Below, in pieces: positions 1 through 18,406 of a stretch of DNA of 64,000 bases. The stretch is from contig CP075497.1 in NCBI GenBank assembly GCA_021613535.1, forward strand, positions 9,300,001 through 9,364,000, written 5' to 3'. A model generated the notes under the pieces. It worked only from the letters and a program-made list of their open reading frames with translations. It made no database searches and was not told the origin of the DNA. The position numbers and the translations under genes are program-made. This DNA is from Adineta vaga. Lineage: Eukaryota > Animalia > Rotifera. Position 1 is the stretch's first letter, and the number at the start of each line of letters is the position of its first letter.

Positions 1-3000
1 TTGCTTCTTCATATTTACCTTGTTTTATAAGTACAGATGCAATATTACCAGCATAAGCAGCAATAGAATCTAAATCCGGACTAGATGATAAGATCTGTAT
101 ATCATATGCTTTTCGATGAAAATAAAGTGCTTTTGCATCAAGCTCTTGTTTATGATAAATACTTCCCATATTATTATATGTTGGAGTTAATTTTATGTCA
201 TCGGATGGTAAGACACGTAAATAGATTTGTAGAGATTTTTGTAACTGTTTAAGTGCACGATCGTATTGTTTTTGTTCATAATAATAACAGCAAAGCATAT
301 GAAATAAACCAGCGACTATTAAATTGGCTGTTTGATCTTGTTCAGTTAATGGATGATTGATTAAAATATTGCAAAAATATTCGATGTTTGGAAAATCTTT
401 CATTTGTTTCATTAATTTAGCTATTCGAAGTAAGGGAAAAGATTGATGAATAATTTCTTGAAAATTTTTGTTAATTTGTTGGACAATATTTAATGTATCA
501 TTGTTAATTGATAGTTTTATTATAGGCATATTTTTATCTTTACCTTTAATATTTGAAATTTGAAATACACTGGCGGCTGAAAGAAGTAATTCGTCAGTAT
601 TCGGTTCGATTTCCATCATTAATATCGGTACTTCTATTTCCATTTGAAATAGAACAAATATAACATCCAAATTTATACATGATAGTTCCGTTTTCTGTTG
701 TTGTGATGTAACTTTTGTTCTTTGTGTCAGAAGGAATGAATTAAAAGTAATGTAACCACCTTTATTCTTCGAGAATGAATCAAACATCGTTTTAGAAACA
801 TATTGAGTTCGATAAACAGTTATTGGTATTGATGAATTATTTAATTTCAACTGTCGTTGAAGATGTTGAACGAAAAAACGAAGTTTATATAGAATATATG
901 GATCTGGTAAACGGAATGCTCGTGTTAACATTTTGAATAAAAAAATTTCTTGACGTATATACCATTTAACAGCTTCTTCGGGTCGGAAATAACGTTCAAA
1001 TTCATTAATAAATTTCAATTGTATTTCATTTTCAGCATATTGTTGACGACAAAAATCTAGCATTTCCTTTTGTAAATCAGTTTGTTCATCATTTTCCAAG
1101 ATAATATCTTTTAATATTTGCAAATATACAAAACTATTATTACTCGTATCATTCGCAGAGATTGATAAAATCATCATGAAATCTGATGTTAATGATATTA
1201 GATCTTTTTCTAATCGATGACATACTCTACTTAAACTAGTATAAATACCTTGAATTTTAATAGAATCATATGATTCTTCGTTATTATGATCAACGACATA
1301 GATATAACGAACTTGTGATAAATCATGAATATATTTTTGTAAATTTTCTAGATTTGTTTTCGATAAAATCATAATAATTTGTTCTTGAATGGTATCAGTA
1401 ACATATTCGATACAGACTTTGTCATTAATATCATTTATTATTAGACCAGAATTAATAAGTCCACGTAATCTTATCTTATCATTGTCGGACATTTCAATAG
1501 TACCATCCAAAATATAGATAAAACTTTCTACATTCTTCTCGATAGGTGATGAATTACTCGAGAGATAATTGTGAGAGTGATCGGACTTCTGAAACGCAAG
1601 AGAAGACTGTGAATATATGAATAGAAATTATTTGAGAGAAAAGAGCAAACCTTCAGGAGGATTCGATGTGAATTTTGCATGAGGATTTTCTACATTAGCT
1701 GAACTATTACTATCCATTGATTTATGAGTATTCAATGAACTGCTGTCTGTTTGATTCACCCAATCTTGAACGTTTTGACTTTGTTCAGAACATGTTAATG
1801 ATGTTCGCTCTTCTATAAAAGAAAATTCTATCAAAGAACTTTTATAAATTTTCTATTTTACGAATGGATTCTGTATTTCGTGTAATAGTGTTATCATCGC
1901 TAATTGATGAACGAATCGAATCTGTTGGTGTTTGCCGTGTAGATAGTTTTGTATCATCGTTTAGTGCCAATTCCAACAGACGAAAATCAACAGATTGTGA
2001 TCTATCTATAGAAGGATACATATCTGCGCAAATCGTGAATTTACCAAAGCCGACTTACCTGTATTAACTGATTTACATCGTTCAATTTGTGTACCACGTT
2101 TCTCTTTAAATCAAAAGTATGATCAATATAGAAATCATATGATCGAATAAGATTATTACTTACCATAATCATTGATTGGATTCGTAGTTACTGATGATTG
2201 TTTTCTTGGTTGTGTATTCTATAATACAATAGTCGATATAGATGTTCATAAAAATCAAAATATTGTGAATTACTTTTTTATATCGATGATTTCCTTTGGA
2301 ATCCAGAGATTGTTTGTCGCTTGATATATCTTCATGACTGTTAGCTGCAATGGTACAAAAAAAAACCTTGAAAACTTGTCTATGATACAAACATTTTAAT
2401 TTTTACTTGTAGGTCGATGTATTTGATAAGAATGTGTATCTGCTCGCTGAAATCAAACAACAAGAATAATGATTTAAGAAAAATAAGCTTTTGATATGAT
2501 TAATCATTATCTTTATTCTTTAATGATCCGTTACTTACAGTATTTGGTGCTGTGTTATCTGCATGTGGAGATAAAGTTCGTTGAGAATATTTATTTCGAC
2601 ATCTATAATGATGTTAGATATAGAAATTCTTCGAGTAAAACGAATTGAACTTACTTTTCGCATGGACTTGCATTTCGAATTTGTTCAACTATAAAACTAT
2701 TACGTTCATTTGTATGACGATGTTTTCGATCGTAATGATATTCACAACAATCCTTCACTACACTCTCAATCAATCCTCTTGTATAAAAAGTCAATGCTAA
2801 GAGAGATGTTGATCGCCGTTGAGTTTGAAATGAAAAAGATTCTAAATATGTACGTTACGAATAAATCATATTAACTAATAAATAGATATACCTCCTTCAG
2901 CTAAAAATCCTCTATAGACGACTAGATTCTCAGTACTACGTTGTTGTACGACGACAACTTCACTACGAATATTTCGTGGATTATGTACAGCATGCTTTGA

Positions 3001-3800
3001 TTTATACGACATCGTTATTTCACAAGTACGACATTCTTCTGGATATATATCCAATTGACTCTGCTAAATGATATTATTTCACACAATATTTAACAAAGTA
3101 ATATTCACAAGACTTACTTGGTTAGTAATAACTTGTTCGGAATCATATTCTAACAGATCTTTATCAGATCTTGGCTTTTTATTACGTACAGAAGTTACTC
3201 GTGATCGTCGTTCATCTTTGTAGTCGGTTTTCTACAATCGATTGATGATACTTTCTTCGAATATATAATTTATTCAGTCTTTACCCTTGTATATGCAGGT
3301 GCACTTTTTTGCCGAGATTTTTCACTTCCAAATAATTGTTTTCGATGACGTCTGTCAAGAAGCTTCTCAGAAAGAAAATCAAGAGATATCAATATTAGAA
3401 AATATTCTTTATGCTCACCTCAAAACTGTTAAAAGTAGTACGACGTGAAGCAATTTGGAATTGATGATAACGGCTCAATCGATTGTTTTCATCGTTTTTC
3501 AAGGCACTAAAAAGAATCTCTAAGTAAATCGAATAGGAATTAAAAAGAAGAATCACAAACCGAAAAAGAATCTCTGGTGTTACGATTTGGTCTTCTTCCT
3601 GATGATATCTTCGTGAAGATAGAGCTTGAAAAGATGGATTATGAGAAACAACTTGTCCACGATTATTAATCTAAATACCAAATTATTGTTTTTAAAAGGA
3701 AAATATGATTGATTTTAGAAAAATTTCCTACCAGTCCGGCATGCTGAAGTTGGTTTCGAACATATGGTGAGGTAACGACTGCTTTAAGACGAGAATTCAT
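1..3800 (-). CDS. Multi-exon protein: low-complexity N-terminus, receiver-like domain, ADP-ribosyltransferase(ART)-like domain, TPR repeats; runs off the window start
   Basis: Manual minus-strand translation of the long last exon (about 1610 to 1) gives ..CIEYVTDTIQEQIIMILS..KEMLDFCRQQYAENEIQLKFINEFERYFRPEEAVKWYIRQ..LYKLRFFVQHLQRQL..TVYRTQ..NSFLLTQ..VLFQMEI..TDELLL, then TPRs (QYDRALKQLQKSLQI, TYNNMGSIYHKQ, AGNIASVLIKQGKYEEA). Upstream short exons with GT-AG introns lead back to ATG 3800; joining them to this gene is less certain. Confidence 0.75.
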
Positions 3801-6124
3801 CTTTTGAGTAGTCGATCTATGATAATTGTAAATGGCATATTTAAAATATGATTATTTCGTACAATATATATTTACTGTGCTCGATTTCGATCCATTATCA
3901 ATCAGTTTATATTCTATATCGTAATTTTGTTGTGTTTTTAATAGAGAAGTATAATATGAAGATAAATTTGTTCGCTCAAGCATATAGATAAGTGAACACT
4001 ATAACATAGTCATGTTTCTTTCTATTTGTCTACAATGTTGAAAAGAATGAGAAACAGAAAAGTCTTTAGCATTGTCTATGTAAACAATTGAATTAAATGA
4101 ATAAGTTTTTAATAGAAAAATTCTTTTTTTTTTTGTATGTTTTTTTAATGAAGGAGCATAGTAGTGTTAAAAAATGTAATGTATGAATTAAATATTATAT
4201 GTTGAATTAAGAACAAACTAAAAAGGAAAAGAAAAAGGGATAGAAGTGTTGGACATGATTTATTTAGATGAAGAAAAAAAGAATAGGAAAGAATAAAAAT
4301 AACTACTTCGCATATTTTCAATATAAAGAAAAAAGAAGTTTTTCATGTATAGTGTTTGGTCATTGTCTAAATAGAAAGCAGCAAAAGAAAAGAAGTTTTA
4401 TTCGTCGAAAACGTTTTTGAAAAGTTTATGCATGAGAATTACAATATGATTGTATTTATTATATCTATTTCAAATAGATAGGATCGAATCAAATGATGAA
4501 ACTACGAATGATATTTTATATTTCATTATTTGCATTTTCTGTGTTCATATTTCTATAGTAACAATAAATAACTACGACCATCTTGATCATTGCATCATGA
4601 CTATAGGGACAGTGCAGAATAAGAGAATTTTGATTGGCAGAATTTAGTGATGATGATCCTTATCAATACAAAGAGAAGCTTTAAATGAAAACATAATCCA
4701 CAGGCAAATTTATAACTTACATCGTATCATCCAAAGGTAATTACATTTTTTGTAAAAATGATCTCAACAATCTACTTCTCGTTTGGAATTATTACTTTCT
4801 GTTATAAATTTTTGTTTTTGTAAATCGATGCCAAGAAAAACTGCGCAATGAGTTTTTTTTAAAGAAGAAAATATGCAAAGTTCGTCCATGGATTGATCAC
4901 ATAGATTTAATAGTTGAACTGATTGTTTGGAAAAGGTCTTAGTTTTGTTTTACCTTTCATCACTGATAATTGAAAATTATTATAAGTTAGTTTTTGCTTT
5001 TGGTAGACTTTATTATAGAAACGTACGTTAATTAATCTATTCTATATAATACAGATTAACAATATATCTTATCAATATACAAAGTTTTCTCGTATCATGA
5101 TATTTCAATAAATAAGTCATTCTTCTAAAAGTATATCGTTATATTCTCTTAATTTGATCACTTTATTTGAAGATTCTACAGACTTCAAACGAATAACATA
5201 ATCTATAATCACTGGAATTATGTACGTGATGAAATCAAAAGCACAATAATAGTTAATTCAATCCTACGTCACTCGTATCAAATGGATGGAAAACTTGAAA
5301 CATAATATATCCTCTCATGTCGATGTAATTTTTAGGAAAAAATAGACGCTATATGTTATTCATATTTCTGATGTATAATAATATTTTAATCTGGAACATG
5401 CTACCTGGTTAGAAAGAAAAAACTATAGCAATAGCAATAATGAAACTATGTCAGTTTCTGTTTTTGAAGTTTCGATCTTCTCTCTGTATAATGTAAGTCT
5501 TCAATATCACATCTATGATATAAGAATCTCGTATGTGTACCCGGAAGAATATAGGTTTAGTCGAAATGATTTTTATTAAAAAGTTATCATGGTAAGTAAA
5601 ATATTTTTATTTGACTACTAGTTTTTCTTTTGTAAAGGTAGATAGAGATTTATTTGTACACAAGATTCAATTAGCTAACGGACATGAAGAAGAACTAAAA
5701 CAGTTTTAATTGTTACTGTGAACTAATATGAGTAGAAACAGACTTGATAATAATCATATTCGTTCGTGTTCTTCAAGAAGAGAGACAGATATGCATTGAA
5801 TATATTTTTCTTAACAAAATAGATTAAAAAATGATTTGACAACGTGCTTGTTTACTGTTTTTTAACGGTTTAACGGATTTTATCCTATTAGTATAACATT
5901 AATTTGTTTTTTTTCGTTCCTTTGAATACACTTTTGAAGCAAAGCGTACGGCATCAAAGTATTTTATGTATAAATAGATGATAAATATAATTATATAATC
6001 TCTCTGGATTTATAACTCTCATTCTTCACTGACATGCAAAAAAAAAATCTCTGAAAATAAAACTAATTAAACACATCATCTTTAGACTATTGTCAACTGC
6101 ACATCTCGTTTGTTTAAGATCAGA

Positions 6125-7072
6125 ATGGTCGATAACACAGCTGTACCCACGCCAATAGCTCATGTTATTCTAAATATTATATCACTTATAGCAACAATCA
6201 TCGGTACATCATTTTCTTTTGTAATATTAACTAGTGTATTGCTGCGAAGAGAAACATTAACTAACGTTCGATTACTTCTATGCACAAACAATTATATCCT
6301 TGTATTTTTTGTTGGTATCTTTGAATTTATACATCTTGTGACTATCATGCGAGGCGATTTTGGTATTTCAGTAATCGACGAAGAAACATTAGGATGTCGT
6401 ATTCAAGGTTATATATTATTTTCATTGATATCTACTGTTTATCTCGCATGTACATTGCAGGTGAGTTTGAATATAAGACTAAATTTCTTTTGTTTTCATT
6501 TCTGTATTTAGGCTGTCTTTTGCCTCTGTCGCATTGTTTATCCTTCTGTCTTATGGTTGATTGAACCACGGACTTATTTAATTATTATTCCTATCGGTTG
6601 GTTTAGTTCATTTGTCTTAGTTAGTCCTTTGTTTATTTATCATGGTCAACGACTTATTCCTGGTGAATACGTTTGTCGTGTTACGAAAGATGATCCTTTT
6701 AGTATTGCGTATTCGACTCTGATCGTCTATGGTATACCTTTTACCAGTTTAGCTTATATTTATCTTCAAATACATCGATTTCTACGACAACAAGGAACAT
6801 TAATGCGTATTGTACATGTAAAAAGACGCCGAGATCGCCATCGGAATATCGCCGTTTTTCGTCGCATTATTATTACTGTGACGTTACTAGGCGCTTATGG
6901 AATGCCCAATTCAATTATGCTCATTATGCTTGCTATAAAAGGTGAACTTGTACCATCATTCTATCGCATTCTTGAAATGAGTTTTGCTGCAGTTGTTCTA
7001 ACGTTAAGTATGGCACTTTTATATATTAATCCACATCTTAGAAGAAAAATCAAAGTATCTTTTCAACCATAA
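6125..7072 (+). CDS. Class A (rhodopsin-like) orphan GPCR, 2 exons (intron 6461-6511)
   Basis: Seven hydrophobic segments; C-x-x-Q-G-Y at the top of TM3 (LGCRIQGY); QAVFCLCRIVYP at the DRY position; ECL2 Cys (EYVC); TM5 YGIP; TM7 LYINP. Confidence 0.85.
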
Positions 7073-7563
7073 CAGACGTATTCCTGTCAATGACTACAGA
7101 TTAATTCAATATTATTGGAAAACTGATGATGATTATAGTAAAAGAATGACAATTTGACAGATTTATATGCGCTGGTATAGTTTAAAAATGTATCAAAGTA
7201 TATGTATAAATATGAAATGATCATAATATATAGATAGCACTCTGCTCAATTAATTCAGATCTTTTGATATTTATAGTAATGTACTTGCCATCTGAATAAG
7301 AATATAAAAATAACAGCAACATGACTAATATTCGCGGACTTATAGACTTGTTATTAACAAGTCACGATTTTCACACTATTATAAAAGTGAGTTTTCACTG
7401 TTTACCCCATTTTTGAGCGTGTATCATTATAAAAAAAGGCATAATGGTGGCGACATATCATCATTGCCTATTTTTTCTCATTCTGTTTCTTTGCTTACAA
7501 GGTTTTTTCCTCTCATCAAGCTTCGACACGTGTCGCATTCACTTTCTTGTTTTCTTCCATTGT

Positions 7564-10500
7564 ATGGCGGGTGCATGTCAATCTCTGTCTCTTGATGAAT
7601 TGTGTGGGAAATCATTAAATGACATCGAACATCTCTTTCAATTCCAAACGGTTCGTTATTCAAAATGGATGTTACTTTACACGTCTGATATAATTTTAAT
7701 TCCATACTGAATCAAAATAGTCTATCCATTGTTTTTTTTTCTTTGATTTAGCGATATATTTGATTATTGTACACGTAAACGATCAGCCAATATCGATGGA
7801 TTATATGAAAAATTGAAAGATTATTTTAGAATTTATCTGGAAAATCTTAGTCAGGTAATTTATTTTTTTGATCTTATATATGTGAACTTTTGACATATGA
7901 AATTTCTTCAGTGTGTCCTACAATTACACGAACCAACTATTCTTGAATATTATTTTGGTGAATGAAAAAAATATTGTCGTTCCAGTAAAATTTTACATGG
8001 TATTTGTTCGTATCTTCATCGACATTACATATCTCGTGAACGTCAAAGTGGTAATTTAGATGTTCAAGAAATTTTCCCAGTACGGAATATTTATTGAACG
8101 TTATTGAACATATTTACAATATTTTATTTAGATGGGTTTGCAGATGTGGTAACTAATTATTTCCCAATCGGCCCATAATCAAATTACACAAAATTGTTTA
8201 AATATGATTCATGCTGAACGTGAACATAAAGATATCGATCGAGAACTTATTCGAAATATTATTCAAACATATGGTAAACAATGAAATATTCAAATAGCTC
8301 TGTAATTTTATTTCTTCAACATTCTAGTCTCTTTCGATACTGATGAACATAGACTTGCATTGGATACTAATCGTCAAATGTTAGATATTTATCAAAAATA
8401 TTTCGAAGAACAATTTCTACAAGATACAGTTAAATTTTATCGTTCAAAAATAATCACGTATTTACAAGAACATTCGGTTCCGGAATATATTTTAAAGGTT
8501 TTATATCAATTGACTTTTGTTCGTATCAATAATAATATTTCGTCATAAATTGTTCAGATTCCTCAATTCATCGATGAAGAAATTTATCGAGTGACATTCT
8601 ACTGACATCCATCAACAATTGAAAAGTTAAAAGAGATACTTGAGAAAGTATTCATTCATGATCAAATGACAATTCTTTATTCTCAAGCAAAGATATTCAT
8701 ACACGATGAAAATATTAACGGTTAACTATCTAATTTCTTTTTTTTTGTTTATTAAAATATATTATGTAATATTTTTAGATTTAAATTATCTTTATCAAAT
8801 AATCATTCGAATTGAAAAAGATAATGTTAGGTTAAAAGACATTGTGGAAAATTATATTTATCAAACTGGAATTGAACAAATTAATCCAATTTCTACTAAT
8901 GTAAATTCGTTTTGTCTTTAAATTCTATCTTCCATATTTGATTAGGATCTTCATATTTATATTCAAACAATCAATGACTTTTATTATAAATATATAACGT
9001 TCTGTCAAAAAGCTTTTGATAATCATTCACAATTCATTAATCTTCTTGATCGAGTAAATTATTTCATTCGTGAAAATATCTTTTGATACAAAAAAGTATT
9101 TAGATTTGCCGAAGATTGGTCAATAGTAATGCTCTTATTCAGACAAATGGCAGTACGACAAAGATGGCTGAATGTTTAGCTTATTATTGTGATAGACTTC
9201 TTCGAAAAAAGTAAAGAGTGTTTGTACATGATTATCTGAAAATAATTGAAAAATTTAGATGCAAAGAAGAGATTGACATAGAAAAAATCTTCTATCAAAT
9301 GAAGGTAGATTTCTAGACAATACTAATATGTAATATGTCGTTTTTTTTTACAGGTTTTATTATGTTGTATGCAAGACAAAGATGTCTTTGAAAGACTTTA
9401 TTGTAAACTCTTGGCTAACCGACTTCTTAAACAATTGAGTATTTCAATTGACTATGAAAAATTAATGATTTCATATATTCAAGTAAACAACGTCAAATTG
9501 TCAGTGTTACTCTTTATTTTTTTTATATTTATTGTTTAGGAATCTTGTGGATATGCATACGCATCGAGAATGCAACAAATGTGTCGTGATATAGAAACCA
9601 GTGTGACGATTTCTGATCAATATCGTCAAACTGAACAATTTCCGATTAGAAGTTCATTAATAAAAATGTCAATCTATTTAGGAATATTCTTTTTCTTCTA
9701 GTTAATTTTAATATTATGATACTCAAATGGAATGTTTGGTCATTTTAAAAGCATCGGGTGTGATTCCACAAAGTGATTTGACTTATGTTAAACATAATTT
9801 TATTCAGTATTATAATCGTCTTTATAATCGACGAACACTAATTTGGCTTCATCAACATTCGAATGGTGAACTACTAATTTGTTTCAAAAATGTAACGTAT
9901 ACATTACAAGTAAGAATGAATACTGACTGATTTGTTTCTTTACGAAAAAGTTTATATCTAGGTATCAACATATCAATTGATCATACTTTTATTATTTAAT
10001 AATTTCTCTGAATGTTCAGTCAAAAGAATTTATGATGAAACTCAAATTCAAATTGATCTTCTATCACAAGTTTTGCGTGTATTGTTTAAATCAGGGATTT
10101 TAATTTGTACACAATCTAATGAAGAAGAAAATTTCAATTTGAATTCCATCGTAAAATTATCCGATGATTTTACTAGGTACGGAATCATATTTTTCATTAG
10201 ATACTGTTTATATGTTTGTAATTGTTTAGCATGAAACGTCGTATAAATTTAAACACTCCATTGAAACTTATTGAACAAAAAGAGATAGAAGTTTTTCGTA
10301 AAGAAACCGATCAAGGTCGACATATGCGTATTCAAGTTCGTTGAACATAACTTTAGTTTTGTCAGTTCTATTATGTTCTAATATTTCAGGTAACTATTGT
10401 ACAAATAATGAAAGAACATAAATTAATGGATAACAACCTGTTAGTACAAACGGCTATCGAAAAACTAACTTCTTATTTCAATCCTGATGTCTCTGTTATT

Positions 10501-10641
10501 AAAGTATTATAATGTTTGTTGGTTTTCATTATGTATTGGCATTTGCTTTTGCATTTATAGGAATGTATTCATGGTCTGATCGAAAAAGGATATCTCGAAC
10601 AGCGAGCAGATCGACCTGATATTCTTTATTATATACCTTAA
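7564..10641 (+). pseudogene. Cullin-1-like unprocessed pseudogene
   Basis: Spliced frame resembles cullin-1 throughout (WMLLYT/DIFDYC, SSKILHGICSYLHRHY, YQKYFEEQFLQDT, LAYYCDRLLRK, DKDVFERLYCKLLANRL, TLIWLHQHSNGEL, VSTYQLIILLLFN, IVQIMK, IHGLIEKGYLE). It has in-frame stops at TGA 7963, TAA 8150 and TGA 8603 and a frameshift near 9746. Confidence 0.85.
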
Positions 10642-11112
10642 AAAATGAATGTTCTTTTTTTCTACGTATTTATAATTACTAATTCAGATGATAATCATGA
10701 TGAAAACTATTCCTATAAAGACTATGATCTGTGTCATTGTCGACAATAATAAAATATTCTAGAAAAGATTCAAATGAATAAAAAACATTTCTGCTGTTGT
10801 AACAATGGCATCATGTCAATCATCGGAAATCGATAATAGTAATTTAAAAGAAGATACTTTTTCATTAGGATATAGAAAAACAATATGAATGGTTCTCTTG
10901 TGCTGAAGGCAATGTCATAAGGTCAAGTTAAATGTTGTTATTTTTTTCTATAGTGGTTAACCAACAGATGTCACTTAGCGTTTTTTCCAGCAATATAATT
11001 CTTTCGATTGAATTCTCAAACGTCCAATAGTAGTTAACCTACTTATTGTTTTTATTGTTGTACTGTTAAACACGTGCGTGCTGACTGACAAACACTAGCA
11101 TAATATTCGAAA

Positions 11113-16721
<5,609 letters not shown>

Positions 16722-16865
16722 TCTACTTCTATCACTGATCTAATCATTTCTTTTCTGTATATACAAATATCGTTGTGTGTGAGCGTGTTTTTTCTTTCAT
16801 GCTTTGTAATTCAAATTCGACTTAAATAAATATCTATTCTATGTTATTCTAGATGGTTGTCTTTT

Positions 16866-17786
16866 ATGACCATGAGTTATGAAAAGGAACAAGTAGGATA
16901 TTTTGTTCCTATGAATTCAAGACGACATCAAATCTCAACTAAATTCAAACAACGATCACCTGAATATATTGCCGGTTTTCTTTCATCAACAACTAATATT
17001 TTATTAACCTATCCAGTGAATAAATTAATTTTTCGTCAACAAATCTATCGTCTTAAAACAGTTGATGCATTTCAACAACTGAAAGATGAAGGTTTTCTTG
17101 TTCTATATCGTGGTATGGCCTTACCATTAATACAAAAAACATTTTCTTTAAGTATTATGTTTGGTGCTAATGCGCATTATTTACATATATTACAATCATG
17201 TTCGAAAAAGGATCATTGGTATCATCAACCTTTAGCATCTGCTCTAGCTGGTGGTACCGAAGCCGTTTTAACACCATTAGAACGAGCACAAGTTTTACTT
17301 CAAACACCGAAATACAATGCACTTATTCGTAATGGCTTGCATGCCTTCATATTGATGTATAAGCATTATGGTATTATAGAATATTATCGTGGTGTAACAT
17401 TGATTTTAATACGTAACAGTGTATCGAATATCATATTCTTTGCATGTCGAAAGCCAGTAAAAGATTTATTACCTGAAGCATCAACAGATTTTCAACATTC
17501 AATCTATGATTTTTTAAGTGGTGGTTTATTAGGTGCACTGCTTTCAACATTTACATATCCAATAAATGTCTTGAAAAATATACAACAATCTGAATTGGGT
17601 GGTCGTCATGATCGTCCAATAAATATATTCCGTTCTGTATATGAGCAGAGAGGAAATTCATTTAAAGAATTTTATATTGGTGCCAAATGGAATTTTTTAC
17701 GTAGTCTTATATCATGGGGCATTATTAATAGTACCTATGAATACTACTTAACAACATTACAAAATACGATAAATTATGATGATTGA
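16866..17786 (+). CDS. SLC25A51: Mitochondrial carrier, SLC25A51/MCART1-like NAD+ transporter; intronless CDS
   Basis: Three carrier repeats (TYPVNKLIFRQQ, TPLERAQVLLQ, YPINVLKNIQQS); the YPxxKxxFRQQ signature is typical of SLC25A51/52/53. Start could be 16866, 16872 or 16911. Confidence 0.85.
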   Translation: MTMSYEKEQVGYFVPMNSRRHQISTKFKQRSPEYIAGFLSSTTNILLTYPVNKLIFRQQIYRLKTVDAFQQLKDEGFLVLYRGMALPLIQKTFSLSIMFGANAHYLHILQSCSKKDHWYHQPLASALAGGTEAVLTPLERAQVLLQTPKYNALIRNGLHAFILMYKHYGIIEYYRGVTLILIRNSVSNIIFFACRKPVKDLLPEASTDFQHSIYDFLSGGLLGALLSTFTYPINVLKNIQQSELGGRHDRPINIFRSVYEQRGNSFKEFYIGAKWNFLRSLISWGIINSTYEYYLTTLQNTINYDD

Positions 17787-18406
17787 TATCGTATACAGAT
17801 TCGAAAAGAAAACTTCGAATATTTCCAGTAACCATTACATGATTAGTTTGAGTATGAATGTGAAAGCTAATGACATTCAAGAAAAAGATGATTGATCATA
17901 GTATTGTTTATTTTTATTAAAATCATTTTCTATTCGTCGATTAGTTTGTATAGTCCCCGTGTTTTTGTTCATGTTCACTTTTTTCTTCTTGTTCTATGTA
18001 CATCAAATATCGATTGACGATTCTGAAAGAGTCACTAATAAGTGAATTACATCTATTCACATTAGGCTTTTGCAAGAAAAGAAAAAAAGAATAATAATGA
18101 ATGAACAAATATTTTATTAAATATTCAACATCTAAACCATGTTCAAATATAGAACTATGACATATAGTATTCTATCATTTTCTCTACAAAACTGTAAGCT
18201 TCAGTTTCAAATATCATCGAGACACATTCAGAATGTATATATACTTCACACAACTAAAATTCATCAATTTGCGACATCTAGTTCAAATTTTTACTCTTAA
18301 CAACAGAGGTAACTGCTAAGTGACGTTGAATATTGAATTTTATATTATACGTCATACCTTTCATTTCATCTCCACGTGGTTTAATTGAAAGGAAAACGAA
18401 CAAATC

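Noticed and set aside
4600-5600. Decayed gene fragment (LAEFSDDDPYQYKEKL loosely like PqaA/AprA-family DPY motif)
   Set aside because: Too short and interrupted to support; it would need blastx confirmation.
7963-8605. Stop-codon reassignment or readthrough in the cullin gene
   Set aside because: TGA replaces both W and L positions, a TAA and a frameshift also occur, and neighbouring genes use TGA/TAA as normal stops.
18309-18324. RFX X-box upstream of DNAAF11
   Set aside because: Only a weak match to the consensus.
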